A stretch of DNA of 62,904 bases from a virus. Lineage: Duplodnaviria; Caudoviricetes. The position numbers and the translations under genes were made by a program. The DNA is taken from positions 1 to 62,904 of IMG/VR virus record IMGVR_UViG_3300034168_001612; one strand, written 5' to 3'. This document shows, piece by piece, positions 18,250 to 26,411 of this stretch; position 1 is the first letter of the stretch; the number at the start of each line of letters is the position of its first letter. The notes below the pieces were generated by a model. The model saw only the letters and a list, made by a program, of their open reading frames with translations. It did not search any database and was not told the origin of the DNA.

Positions 18250-18990
18250 ATGTCTGAAAAGAAAATGTTTACAGCAGCAGAAGTGGCCAGAATGATTCTG
18301 GAAAAAACTCATAACACTTTAAAAAAACACGAAGATATGTTGCAAAAATCTAAAAACACTTCTCATGAAATAGATGCTGGTGAAGAGCCTAATAATGACG
18401 AGGCAGAGTGTCCTGAATCTTTAAAAGGTGAAGGAAGTTCTGAGGCTTCGGGAAATGAGCCTAAAAAAATTAAAGCTCCGGCAGAAGATAGCGAAGATCC
18501 AAGCATGGAAGACCAGTCTTTGAGTGATGATGAAAGCGAAGATGAAGAATCTGAAGAAGAAGAATCGGAAGAAAAAGAAGAACAACCTAAGTTTGAATTC
18601 AAAAAGTCTGAATCTGGTATGCACACTGTGCAGTACAAAACATTGGTAAAAAAAGAACAACCTCTTAAAAAACTAATGTCTGCAACAAGCGGTATGCCGG
18701 GAAGTGTTGCCTCAACCGGTGGTCCTTCTATAGGGTCTCAAATTGGTTTTCCAGGAATTAAAAAAGACGAAGATAAAAAAGAAGGCCAGGATATGGTCCC
18801 TAATCCAGATCCGAAAGCTCCTACTCATATTAGAAGAGAACAGGAAGGAGAAGGAAAATCAAAAACTATAACAGAAAATCAAAAAAAAGCAGGGTGGGGA
18901 CAGTCCATTTCTCCTAAGCAAAAAACAACCAATGTAGGCCAGTATCAAGGAATCAAAGCCGCACAGGAAAAAAGAAAAAAACAAGACTAG
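18250..18990 (+). CDS. Low-complexity charged putative internal head protein
   Basis: LQKSK and FKKSE motifs; acidic tract. Confidence 0.6.
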   Translation: MSEKKMFTAAEVARMILEKTHNTLKKHEDMLQKSKNTSHEIDAGEEPNNDEAECPESLKGEGSSEASGNEPKKIKAPAEDSEDPSMEDQSLSDDESEDEESEEEESEEKEEQPKFEFKKSESGMHTVQYKTLVKKEQPLKKLMSATSGMPGSVASTGGPSIGSQIGFPGIKKDEDKKEGQDMVPNPDPKAPTHIRREQEGEGKSKTITENQKKAGWGQSISPKQKTTNVGQYQGIKAAQEKRKKQD

Positions 18991-18991
18991 T

Positions 18992-20488
18992 ATGGAAAAA
19001 GACAATAAAATTCAATACAAAATTCTTAAATCTGAAGCTTGCGGTCATACTATCGAGTATAAGATGGTAAAGAAAGAACATGAGCTTGAAAAAGCTCGTA
19101 TTGATGAGGGATTGTCTTCTAGAGAAAAAATGAAAGCTCGTGAGGCAAGATCTTCTAAAGAAAGAGAACCGAGAGAATTAAGCCCTGAACAGTATGAGAC
19201 TGGTAAAAAAATAGCCCGGACTAAGGCTGTCACTGCTACAGGCGAAAAACAAAGAAAAGAAACTCTTAAAGATGTTCTTCATACACATAAGCAAAATGCT
19301 CCTAAATCTCCTTCCAAGGAAGATCTAGAATACCCTATGGCTGCTAGTGAAAAAGAATGTTTGTGCAAAGATTGTGATTGTGATAAAAAAGAAATGAATA
19401 AAAGAGAAAAATTCTATATTCAAAAGATTCAGGAATTGAGGAAATTTGGTTTTGATCAAAAAGAATTTGAAACAGGCTTAAGACAAAAAGTTGCTGCTAC
19501 GGCTGATCAACAACGGCAGCAAAAAGATACAAGTTTAGAAAATACTGGAATTGTTAATCGAAATCGAGCCGCCTTTGGTCAGCCCATGGCTACGCAAGGA
19601 ACTCAAAGCAGTATGGGCGATTATGTTTTAAAAGACGCTCCTCAAAGAGGGGAAAGAGCCGGAACAGCTTCTGTTAATCAAATGACAGGAATGAATAGAA
19701 TGTTACCTGCTTCTGCCTCTTCAGCACAAGGTCCGTCAGCACAAGCTCCTGCTCCTGCTGCTGGACAAGCTCCTGCTCCTGCTGCTGGACAAGCTCCTGC
19801 TCCTGCTGCTGGACAAGCTCCTGCTCCTGCTGGTGCTGCTGCACCGCAAAGGATGCAATTTGGGAAAGATAGCGGCGTGAATTTTAAAGATGCTTTCGCA
19901 CAAGCTAGGAAATCAGGTAATCAAGAATTTGACTGGTATAATCCTAAAACAGGTAAAACGCAGCCATATCATACCCATTCAAAAGAAGAATTTCAACAAG
20001 GTAAAACTCTTGCTGCTGGAAGAAATCCTGAAGGATTTCAATCACAGACTATAGGCGCTGATAATAAGTATTTCAAAGGTTATCAAGCTCAACAAAAAGC
20101 TGCTCCTACAGCACAAGGTCCTGTCGCTGCTCCTACAGCACAAGGTCCTGCCGCTGCTCCCGCAGCAAAAGCGCCAAATCCAAATGCGAACATAACGGGT
20201 GTAAATACAAATGGTTCTATTTCTTCAACAGAATCTGATGGAAGAAAAACATTAACCATGCCTCAAAATTCTATATCAATGGCTCGTCCTGATCAAATGG
20301 GAATGGCACCAGCTCTAAACGAGCCAGGTAAAGTAGGAATGAAAATTCCTGGTGCCTCTGTTAAATATCCAGAAGCCGAAGGTTTTAAATCTGGAGATAC
20401 GGCCACAACCCAAGCTCCTACGAGTGAGCAGGCTGAAGGAAATATAAAATATAATAAAAATAATAAATTAAATGCGAATATGGGATAA
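18992..20488 (+). CDS. Low-complexity putative internal/ejection protein
   Basis: ILKSE and LEKAR motifs; FKDAFAQARKSG..FDW..YHT module; Ala/Pro repeats. Confidence 0.6.
   Translation: MEKDNKIQYKILKSEACGHTIEYKMVKKEHELEKARIDEGLSSREKMKAREARSSKEREPRELSPEQYETGKKIARTKAVTATGEKQRKETLKDVLHTHKQNAPKSPSKEDLEYPMAASEKECLCKDCDCDKKEMNKREKFYIQKIQELRKFGFDQKEFETGLRQKVAATADQQRQQKDTSLENTGIVNRNRAAFGQPMATQGTQSSMGDYVLKDAPQRGERAGTASVNQMTGMNRMLPASASSAQGPSAQAPAPAAGQAPAPAAGQAPAPAAGQAPAPAGAAAPQRMQFGKDSGVNFKDAFAQARKSGNQEFDWYNPKTGKTQPYHTHSKEEFQQGKTLAAGRNPEGFQSQTIGADNKYFKGYQAQQKAAPTAQGPVAAPTAQGPAAAPAAKAPNPNANITGVNTNGSISSTESDGRKTLTMPQNSISMARPDQMGMAPALNEPGKVGMKIPGASVKYPEAEGFKSGDTATTQAPTSEQAEGNIKYNKNNKLNANMG
19741..19831 (+). 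repeat. 24-bp tandem repeat, about 3.8 copies (QAPAPAAG)
   Basis: ACAAGCTCCTGCTCCTGCTGCTGG units. Confidence 0.9.
20099..20160 (+). repeat. 27-bp tandem repeat, about 2.3 copies (AAPTAQGP[V/A])
   Basis: GCTGCTCCTACAGCACAAGGTCCTG units. Confidence 0.85.
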
Positions 20489-20490
20489 AT

Positions 20491-20682
20491 ATGATAACAA
20501 ATAAGAAAAAAGACAAAAACAACAACAGAGAAGAATTTAGAAAATACTTCTTGAAATTAAACAAAAAACTTAATCTGAATAAATCTTTAGAGGAAGTAAT
20601 TTGGATACACCTTAAAACAATTGATCATGATAAGAAAGAATTGTTTGATAAGGGAGTAGAACATTTTGGATATAAATTATAA
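20491..20682 (+). CDS. Small hypothetical protein upstream of the sheath
   Basis: 63 aa; contains AAATCTTTA at 20581-20589, a candidate sheath promoter. Confidence 0.55.
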   Translation: MITNKKKDKNNNREEFRKYFLKLNKKLNLNKSLEEVIWIHLKTIDHDKKELFDKGVEHFGYKL

Positions 20683-20710
20683 TATTTTTTTGACATAAAG
20701 GAGAATAACC

Positions 20711-22867
20711 ATGGCACAACGATTAACTACTAGCTTTGTAAACACCAACATCCCCGGTGCTTACCCAAGCGTAACAGTAAAGTCAACCCCGGTAGGCATT
20801 TCTAGTACTGGAGATATTGTTATTATCGGAGAAGCCGAAGGCGGCGCTGATTTTACACAAGACGCACTTAAAGATAACTTTTTTACTGCCACTCAATTAA
20901 CAAGAGTGAAAGCAAAATATCTGAGAGGACCAATAGTTGACGCTATGGCGGCGCTTATTTCTCCAAGCAATGACACCAATATCCAAGGATCGATTGGTAA
21001 AGTCTACATTATTAAAACTAATGGTGGATCAAAAGCATTGGCAAGTATGGGTGCTTCTCCATCGGGTGTTTACGGCTCTCTTTCTGATAAGAATTTTGGT
21101 GCAGATGGAAATAAATATTTTTTCAAGATAAGTCAAGTAGAATCTGAAGTTGCTCCTTCTATCACAGGAAATAGCTTAGCTCCATTTACTGCCACAGACT
21201 TTGACGCTCTTTCTTTTTCTGTAAGATTGAATGGTGGAGCGGAAGTAGCAATTACCTTAGGTACTGGTACTCATGCTTCTCTTGCTGCTCTTGCTTCTGA
21301 AATTGATGCCCTTTTGCCAGCTGGAATGAGCTGTGCAGCAGTTCCTGCCAGTAATTCGATTGCTATCTCTGTTGACGCAGATGCAGCCGCTAATGGAAAA
21401 GGATCTGGTAAATCATTTGAATTGATTGACTCTACCCCGGGTGATTTGGCAGTTTTGGGTCATGATGAAGATCTTATCGTTTCCTCTCAAGAGCCAGAAG
21501 TTCAAATAGCTATCAATAGACAAGATACGAACACTAACGAATCTTTCATGGCAGAGGCTCAAATAGCTATATCTGTAGGATATGATGGTACTAGTGCTAT
21601 TCTTTCAATTTCATCAGGAAGCCTTACAACTACTGTAGTTGGCGGATCTGGCTCTAGTCTAAGTATCGCTCTTAGCGAATTTACAACTATGTCCGACCTT
21701 GCTGCTTTCATTAATTCTCAAGCAGGATATTCTGCTTCTTCAGTTTCTTCTTCTAATAATCTAAGCCCGCTTAAATTGGATGAAGTAGCTGCTATCGGAA
21801 TTGCTACATCTGGCGGATTTGAAGCTGGAAGAATTAAAAGAGCACTTTATAACTTTCAAAATAAAATTGCATCAAGTTCTGTTCTTGATTTTGAAGCATC
21901 TGCTGCTGCAGGATTGCCGGCTGAAATGGCTGCTTCTCAATTCTTAGCAGGAGGAGCAAAAGGTTCTACAACTGCTGCTGATATTGCAAATTCTATCCCT
22001 TCTTTAGAGGGTGTTAAAGTTAATTTTGTTATTCCTCTGTTCTCTAGAGATGCCTCTGAAGATATCGCAGATGGTTTGACTGAATCTACTTCTACTTATA
22101 CAATTGACGCTATTAACGCTCTTGTTAAGTCTCACGTTCTTGCTATGTCAACTCCAAAAATGAAGAGGAACAGAGTAGCTATGCTCAGTAAACAAGCAAG
22201 CTATGCAGCTACAAAAGAAGCGGCGGCTTCTTTGTCTAATTACAGAGCTAACATGTTTTTCCAAAGATCAAGCCAAGTTAATTCTCTTGGTAATGTTACA
22301 GAGTACCAACCATGGCATGCGGCCTGTATTGCAGCTGGTATGCAAGCTGCAGGATTTAACAAGTCTCTGACTAATAAATTCGCCAATGTTATCAGTTTTA
22401 AAGATCCTGCTGGATTTGATTCTGGTAATCCGGGTGATGTTGAAGATGCAATTGATGCAGGATTATTTTTCATGCAACAAGAAACAGCTGGGAACAAGTG
22501 GGTGGTTGATCAAACTACTTACGGTTTTGACACAAATTTTGTGTACAACTCACTACAAGCCGTATATATGGCCGATGTTCTTGCGATTCAATTGTCTGAA
22601 TCTCTTGAAAAATTTGCAGTAGGACAATCTCTTGCTGATATTACTTCTGCAGGAATTGTTGCCTTCATTTCTAAAAAAATGGAAGAATATAGAAAGCTTA
22701 AAATCATTGGGGCTTCTGATGACGCTCCTTTGGGATATAAAAATGTTAGCGTTTCTATCAATGGCCCTATTGCAGAAGTTAAACTTGAAGCTAAACTTGC
22801 TACGGCAATCTTGTTCATACCAATTGAATTAGAATTGAGCCAAATCCAGTCTAGCGCATCAGCATAA
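20711..22867 (+). CDS. Contractile tail sheath protein
   Basis: PGAYPSV..IVIIGEAEGG N-terminus and sheath-like C-terminal domain; 718 aa. Confidence 0.9.
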   Translation: MAQRLTTSFVNTNIPGAYPSVTVKSTPVGISSTGDIVIIGEAEGGADFTQDALKDNFFTATQLTRVKAKYLRGPIVDAMAALISPSNDTNIQGSIGKVYIIKTNGGSKALASMGASPSGVYGSLSDKNFGADGNKYFFKISQVESEVAPSITGNSLAPFTATDFDALSFSVRLNGGAEVAITLGTGTHASLAALASEIDALLPAGMSCAAVPASNSIAISVDADAAANGKGSGKSFELIDSTPGDLAVLGHDEDLIVSSQEPEVQIAINRQDTNTNESFMAEAQIAISVGYDGTSAILSISSGSLTTTVVGGSGSSLSIALSEFTTMSDLAAFINSQAGYSASSVSSSNNLSPLKLDEVAAIGIATSGGFEAGRIKRALYNFQNKIASSSVLDFEASAAAGLPAEMAASQFLAGGAKGSTTAADIANSIPSLEGVKVNFVIPLFSRDASEDIADGLTESTSTYTIDAINALVKSHVLAMSTPKMKRNRVAMLSKQASYAATKEAAASLSNYRANMFFQRSSQVNSLGNVTEYQPWHAACIAAGMQAAGFNKSLTNKFANVISFKDPAGFDSGNPGDVEDAIDAGLFFMQQETAGNKWVVDQTTYGFDTNFVYNSLQAVYMADVLAIQLSESLEKFAVGQSLADITSAGIVAFISKKMEEYRKLKIIGASDDAPLGYKNVSVSINGPIAEVKLEAKLATAILFIPIELELSQIQSSASA

Positions 22868-22891
22868 TTTTAAGATATAAGGAGAAATAAA

Positions 22892-23341
22892 ATGAGTGTA
22901 ACAATGACAGGCGCACGAGCCAAAGTAAAAGTAGACGGGAAATACGTGGGAGTTTTTGATTCTTGCCAATATGGCGGAACTATAGGAACAGAACCTATTC
23001 ACACATTAGGTCGTTATTCACCTGCAGAAGTTGTTATTAACAGCTACGAAGCTGTTCAGGTACAATGCGGTGGTTTTAGAATTATAGACCAAGGTGTTCA
23101 CGTATTACCAGCAGCCCCAAAACTGCAGGATCTTTTGAATTTTGAATCTATTCAATTAGAAGTTGAAGACAGACAATCAGGCAAAACAATTGCCATTGTT
23201 AAAAATTGTGTTCCTTCTAGCTGGGGAGAGGCTCAACAAGCAAAAGGTACTACTAGATTCAACATTACTTATGTTGGAACTGTTTACAGCGATGAGTCTG
23301 GAGATCAAGACGAAAGTGCTGGAGCATCTAGCCTTCCTTAA
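22892..23341 (+). CDS. Tail tube protein
   Basis: TGARAKVKVDG..VG..PIHTLGRY..E; directly after the sheath. Confidence 0.85.
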   Translation: MSVTMTGARAKVKVDGKYVGVFDSCQYGGTIGTEPIHTLGRYSPAEVVINSYEAVQVQCGGFRIIDQGVHVLPAAPKLQDLLNFESIQLEVEDRQSGKTIAIVKNCVPSSWGEAQQAKGTTRFNITYVGTVYSDESGDQDESAGASSLP

Positions 23342-23367
23342 TATTATTTAAAAAACATTAATAGAAT

Positions 23368-23396
23368 AGCCACCTTCGGGTGGCTTTTTTATTTTT
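23368..23396 (+). terminator. Rho-independent terminator
   Basis: AGCCACC-TTCG-GGTGGCT-TTTTT (cUUCGg loop). Confidence 0.9.
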
Positions 23397-23397
23397 G

Positions 23398-23406
23398 TGA
23401 TAATAT
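23398..23406 (+). promoter_or_regulatory. Extended -10 promoter TGATAATAT
   Basis: Recurrent TGATAHTAT motif, 5 nt before the ATG. Confidence 0.55.
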
Positions 23407-23411
23407 AAGGC

Positions 23412-23792
23412 ATGAATGAAGATAAAAGAAATTGTATTTTCACAAAACTTCCTGCAACGGCTAAATTAACCGTATCTTCCTCTAAACATAACTGGACCAA
23501 GTCCGTCCCGTGTACTAAAGAATTCTTAGAATCTAAAAAAAACAATAAGTTAACCGATGTCGAGTTCAGACTGGTTGAGATTTTCTATTTGAAAGAGACA
23601 GCTTTGCTTAGGGCTGAATATTTAGAAAACAAAATGGAAGAACTCAGACAGATGATTGATTTGAGTGGTTACGCCAAGATAACTCTCCAGGATATTGAAA
23701 TAATTGAAATCGATATAGAAAAAGCCGAGGAATTGACAAACATAGAAGAACCTGCTAAGATCGTTCTTAGTGATAAAAACCTGTGGGAGTAG
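23412..23792 (+). CDS. Hypothetical protein
   Basis: ORF, first gene of the accessory block. Confidence 0.6.
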   Translation: MNEDKRNCIFTKLPATAKLTVSSSKHNWTKSVPCTKEFLESKKNNKLTDVEFRLVEIFYLKETALLRAEYLENKMEELRQMIDLSGYAKITLQDIEIIEIDIEKAEELTNIEEPAKIVLSDKNLWE

Positions 23793-24002
23793 ATGAAAGA
23801 AAAAAGACAGAATATTATCTATCAATACGAAGACGGCGATGATCAGGAAAAAATTGGATTTTTAAAAAATTGTTATGATACTAATAAAAAAAAATATCTT
23901 TTTCATGCAGAATTTTATGATATTTTCAATGTGAATGAAAAAGAGGAAAGTTTCTCGATTACCAGAGTTGGAATGAATAAACGAATTAAAAATTTCAAAT
24001 AA
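23793..24002 (+). CDS. Hypothetical protein (C-terminus shared with the next gene)
   Basis: GGGAG RBS; ends VGMNKRIKNFK. Confidence 0.6.
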   Translation: MKEKRQNIIYQYEDGDDQEKIGFLKNCYDTNKKKYLFHAEFYDIFNVNEKEESFSITRVGMNKRIKNFK

Positions 24003-24010
24003 AAGGATTT

Positions 24011-24331
24011 ATGCAAGGAATCAAATTGAGACTCTATATCCCAGACCACAACCATGTGTCGAGGCATTGGGTTAAGTTATTTCAAAAGCGTATAAAAATA
24101 AGTCAAATAGTTTTTATTGATTATTTTGATTTAAAAAGCAAAGAAGTTCATCAAAAACACAGAAAATTTGATATAAATTGTTCTATAGGCTTTACTTATA
24201 AAGGTAAATATATAAATTATGAAAAAGTTACTAAATTTACTAGGGATTATGCTACTTATCAAACATTTGAACCGCAACTACCTAGCTTTAAAGTTATTGG
24301 AATGAATAAAAAGATTTTCAATTTTAAATAA
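24011..24331 (+). CDS. Hypothetical protein
   Basis: AAGGA RBS; ends IGMNKKIFNFK. Confidence 0.6.
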   Translation: MQGIKLRLYIPDHNHVSRHWVKLFQKRIKISQIVFIDYFDLKSKEVHQKHRKFDINCSIGFTYKGKYINYEKVTKFTRDYATYQTFEPQLPSFKVIGMNKKIFNFK

Positions 24332-24342
24332 AAAAGGATTTT

Positions 24343-25338
24343 ATGGAAGATAATTCGGGTAGATTTAAAATTATCAAAGCGACCTCATTGGAAGATATTA
24401 ACGATGGTACAATCAAAGAATTGCCAGAATCCGACTTATGCATCCAAACCAGCTCTCATATTGTTCAATATAAGTATGTAGACGAAGAAGATGAAAACAA
24501 AGGTAAGGTTACAATCAAACCAGGTATCTGGACTATTGTAAATATGGGCGGATCTTTACGTCTTAAAAAACTAGAGCTTAAAATTCATAACTTATTAGAA
24601 ACAGCAACCAACAGTGCTCTTATCCAAAAAGAGGCTCAAATTTTCTTCAGTAAGTTGGATGTTTATAAGAAATTCAAGAAAGAGCCTAAAAGATCTATTT
24701 TGCTTTATTCTCAGCCCGGAATGGGAAAAAGCTCGACAATTGCCAAGATTAGTCAGGATTTTTTACAAGAAGACGAAGGAACAGTGGCCATATTTTGGGA
24801 TACTTCTGATATTGGCTCTGGTGCTGTTAGTAAATTTTTATCTACAGGAAGTAAATTCTCTAGCAAATGTACTCGAATGTTTTTCATCATGGAGGATATT
24901 GGAGGAGGAAATGCAGAGGATTATCACGGTCCTAAAACTGCGGATTCAAGTCTACTTGAGCTTTTAGATGGGGCTTCTGTAAATTTCAGACTTCCTACGT
25001 TTATTATTGCTACTACCAATACTCCTGAAAACCTATTAAAATCTCTAGCGGATAGACCGGGTAGATTTGATCAAATGTTTGAGCTGGTAGGCCCAGATGC
25101 GGAAGAAAGAGTAAAATTAGCGGAACACATGTTCGGAAATAAATTAACGCCAACTCAACGTGAGGCTTTAATGAGTAAGGACGCAGATGGTCTTAGTATT
25201 GCTCATATTTCTGAAATAATTATCAGATCAGAACTTCATGACAAAACCTATCTAGAGGTTATAAAAGAAATGAAAGAACATAAGAAAAAAATAGAAGCGG
25301 CTTTCCAAAAAGCTAAAAGCAAGCTAGGGCTTGGGTAA
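24343..25338 (+). CDS. AAA+ ATPase
   Basis: LLYSQPGMGKS Walker A, FIMEDI Walker B, ATTN sensor 1, DRPGRFD Arg finger. Confidence 0.9.
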   Translation: MEDNSGRFKIIKATSLEDINDGTIKELPESDLCIQTSSHIVQYKYVDEEDENKGKVTIKPGIWTIVNMGGSLRLKKLELKIHNLLETATNSALIQKEAQIFFSKLDVYKKFKKEPKRSILLYSQPGMGKSSTIAKISQDFLQEDEGTVAIFWDTSDIGSGAVSKFLSTGSKFSSKCTRMFFIMEDIGGGNAEDYHGPKTADSSLLELLDGASVNFRLPTFIIATTNTPENLLKSLADRPGRFDQMFELVGPDAEERVKLAEHMFGNKLTPTQREALMSKDADGLSIAHISEIIIRSELHDKTYLEVIKEMKEHKKKIEAAFQKAKSKLGLG

Positions 25339-25355
25339 TAACAAAGGGAGAAAAA

Positions 25356-25559
25356 ATGAGTACAGAAGTAAAGAGATGGTCTACGGTTAATGGTAAATCG
25401 ACCAAAGCGGGCAAAAAGTTAACGAAAGGATCTGTTGATTTTATTGTTAAAAATGCGGGTAAAATGTCAGGCAGAAGTATTGCAAATATTTTGCATCGAC
25501 CGCTTAAGACAGTTCAGACAGTCGCAGCTCGTGCTGGTGTAAGTCTAAAAGTTAAGTAG
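25356..25559 (+). CDS. Small HTH DNA-binding protein
   Basis: MSGRSIANILHRPLKTVQTVAARAGVSL; GGGAG RBS. Confidence 0.7.
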   Translation: MSTEVKRWSTVNGKSTKAGKKLTKGSVDFIVKNAGKMSGRSIANILHRPLKTVQTVAARAGVSLKVK

Positions 25560-25679
25560 TTATCGTGGTGTCACATACCAGTAAAGGTCAGGGATAATGA
25601 TGTCGGCTCGGACTCGATAACCCTTGATGAGAGCGAAAGTTGTGAGTGTTGCGGGCTATCCGCTTTTATAAAGGAATTT

Positions 25680-25865
25680 GTGCATAGATATAAAGTAGAT
25701 GCAGTTGTCACAACAATAATAGAGACTAGGGAACAGTTGGAAAAGTTAAAAGAAATATTCCCTACAATGGCAGACATATCTTTACATGTCTCTGACGATG
25801 AGAAAAAGTTAATACTGGATGAATTAAGATTATTAGAAATAGTTCTTGATTCTTTAAAAAAATGA
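25680..25865 (+). CDS. Hypothetical protein
   Basis: GTG start with AAGGA RBS. Confidence 0.55.
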   Translation: MHRYKVDAVVTTIIETREQLEKLKEIFPTMADISLHVSDDEKKLILDELRLLEIVLDSLKK

Positions 25866-25984
25866 TAAAAGGCACAAAACATAACGGGTGGAATTTCGGG
25901 CTGTCCTATACTATAGGTCAGAAAGGTAAGTATTTGAGCGTTATGTTCTATAAATGGACTTGGATATTTTCAATAGGAGAATAA
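25862..25984 (+). CDS. Small hypothetical protein (40 aa)
   Basis: ATGA overlap; MIKGTKHNGWNFGLSYTIG... Confidence 0.5.
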   Translation: MIKGTKHNGWNFGLSYTIGQKGKYLSVMFYKWTWIFSIGE

Positions 25985-26143
25985 ATGTATATTTTATTAT
26001 TGCTTTTAATACACAAAGGGACTCCTTCTGTTACTAATTTAAATTTTGACAGTCATTCAGCTTGTTTAAAAGCTTTGAATACTGTTTTAGAATTTGAAAA
26101 CAAAGATACCGCTATAAAAGCAAGGTGTATTAAAAATGATTAG
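25985..26143 (+). CDS. Small exported or membrane protein (52 aa)
   Basis: AGGAG RBS; MYILLLLLIH..FDSHSAC..ARC. Confidence 0.55.
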   Translation: MYILLLLLIHKGTPSVTNLNFDSHSACLKALNTVLEFENKDTAIKARCIKND

Positions 26144-26306
26144 ACTACTACTAGCAACTTTTGGGCTTTTATTGTGTATTAAGATGATGATAAACCCCAC
26201 AGACACCCTTACTTTTGGTTTGTGTGGTCTTTTTATACCCATTTTCTTTGTCTACGGCTGGATGGCTATAGAAAAAATGGGCGAAGAAAAAAAGGAAGAT
26301 GAATGA
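26136..26306 (+). CDS. Small two-TM membrane protein (56 aa)
   Basis: Two hydrophobic segments and a charged tail; overlaps its neighbours. Confidence 0.5.
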   Translation: MIRLLLATFGLLLCIKMMINPTDTLTFGLCGLFIPIFFVYGWMAIEKMGEEKKEDE

Positions 26307-26377
26307 GTTGTCCATTTTGCGGAACCCAGCCTTGTAATAGATCTTGGTGTCCCTATACAAAACCTGTTAAGAAATAA
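26303..26377 (+). CDS. 24-aa Cys4 micro-protein
   Basis: MSCPFCGTQPCNRSWCPYTKPVKK; ATGA overlap; AAGGA RBS. Confidence 0.45.
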   Translation: MSCPFCGTQPCNRSWCPYTKPVKK

Positions 26378-26384
26378 TTTTTTA

Positions 26385-26393
26385 TGATACTAT
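26385..26393 (+). promoter_or_regulatory. Extended -10 promoter TGATACTAT
   Basis: Recurrent motif before the groEL RBS. Confidence 0.5.
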
Positions 26394-26411
26394 AGTATTA
26401 AGGAGTAATCA

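Noticed and set aside
3263-18660. Ser/Phe-rich antisense ORFs in the track (e.g. 3263-3490, 14419-14874, 18363-18638, 15588-15788)
   Set aside because: They are shadows of Glu/Lys-rich genes on the other strand; 15588-15788 mirrors the frameshift extension
19741-19831. CRISPR array or DGR repeats
   Set aside because: Repeats are spacer-less in-frame coding tandems; no cas or reverse transcriptase gene is seen. The same holds for 14284-14820 and 32835-32976
25620-25650. Hammerhead ribozyme (TGATGAG..GAAA)
   Set aside because: Lacks the CUGAUGA core and a GAAA after a closed stem II
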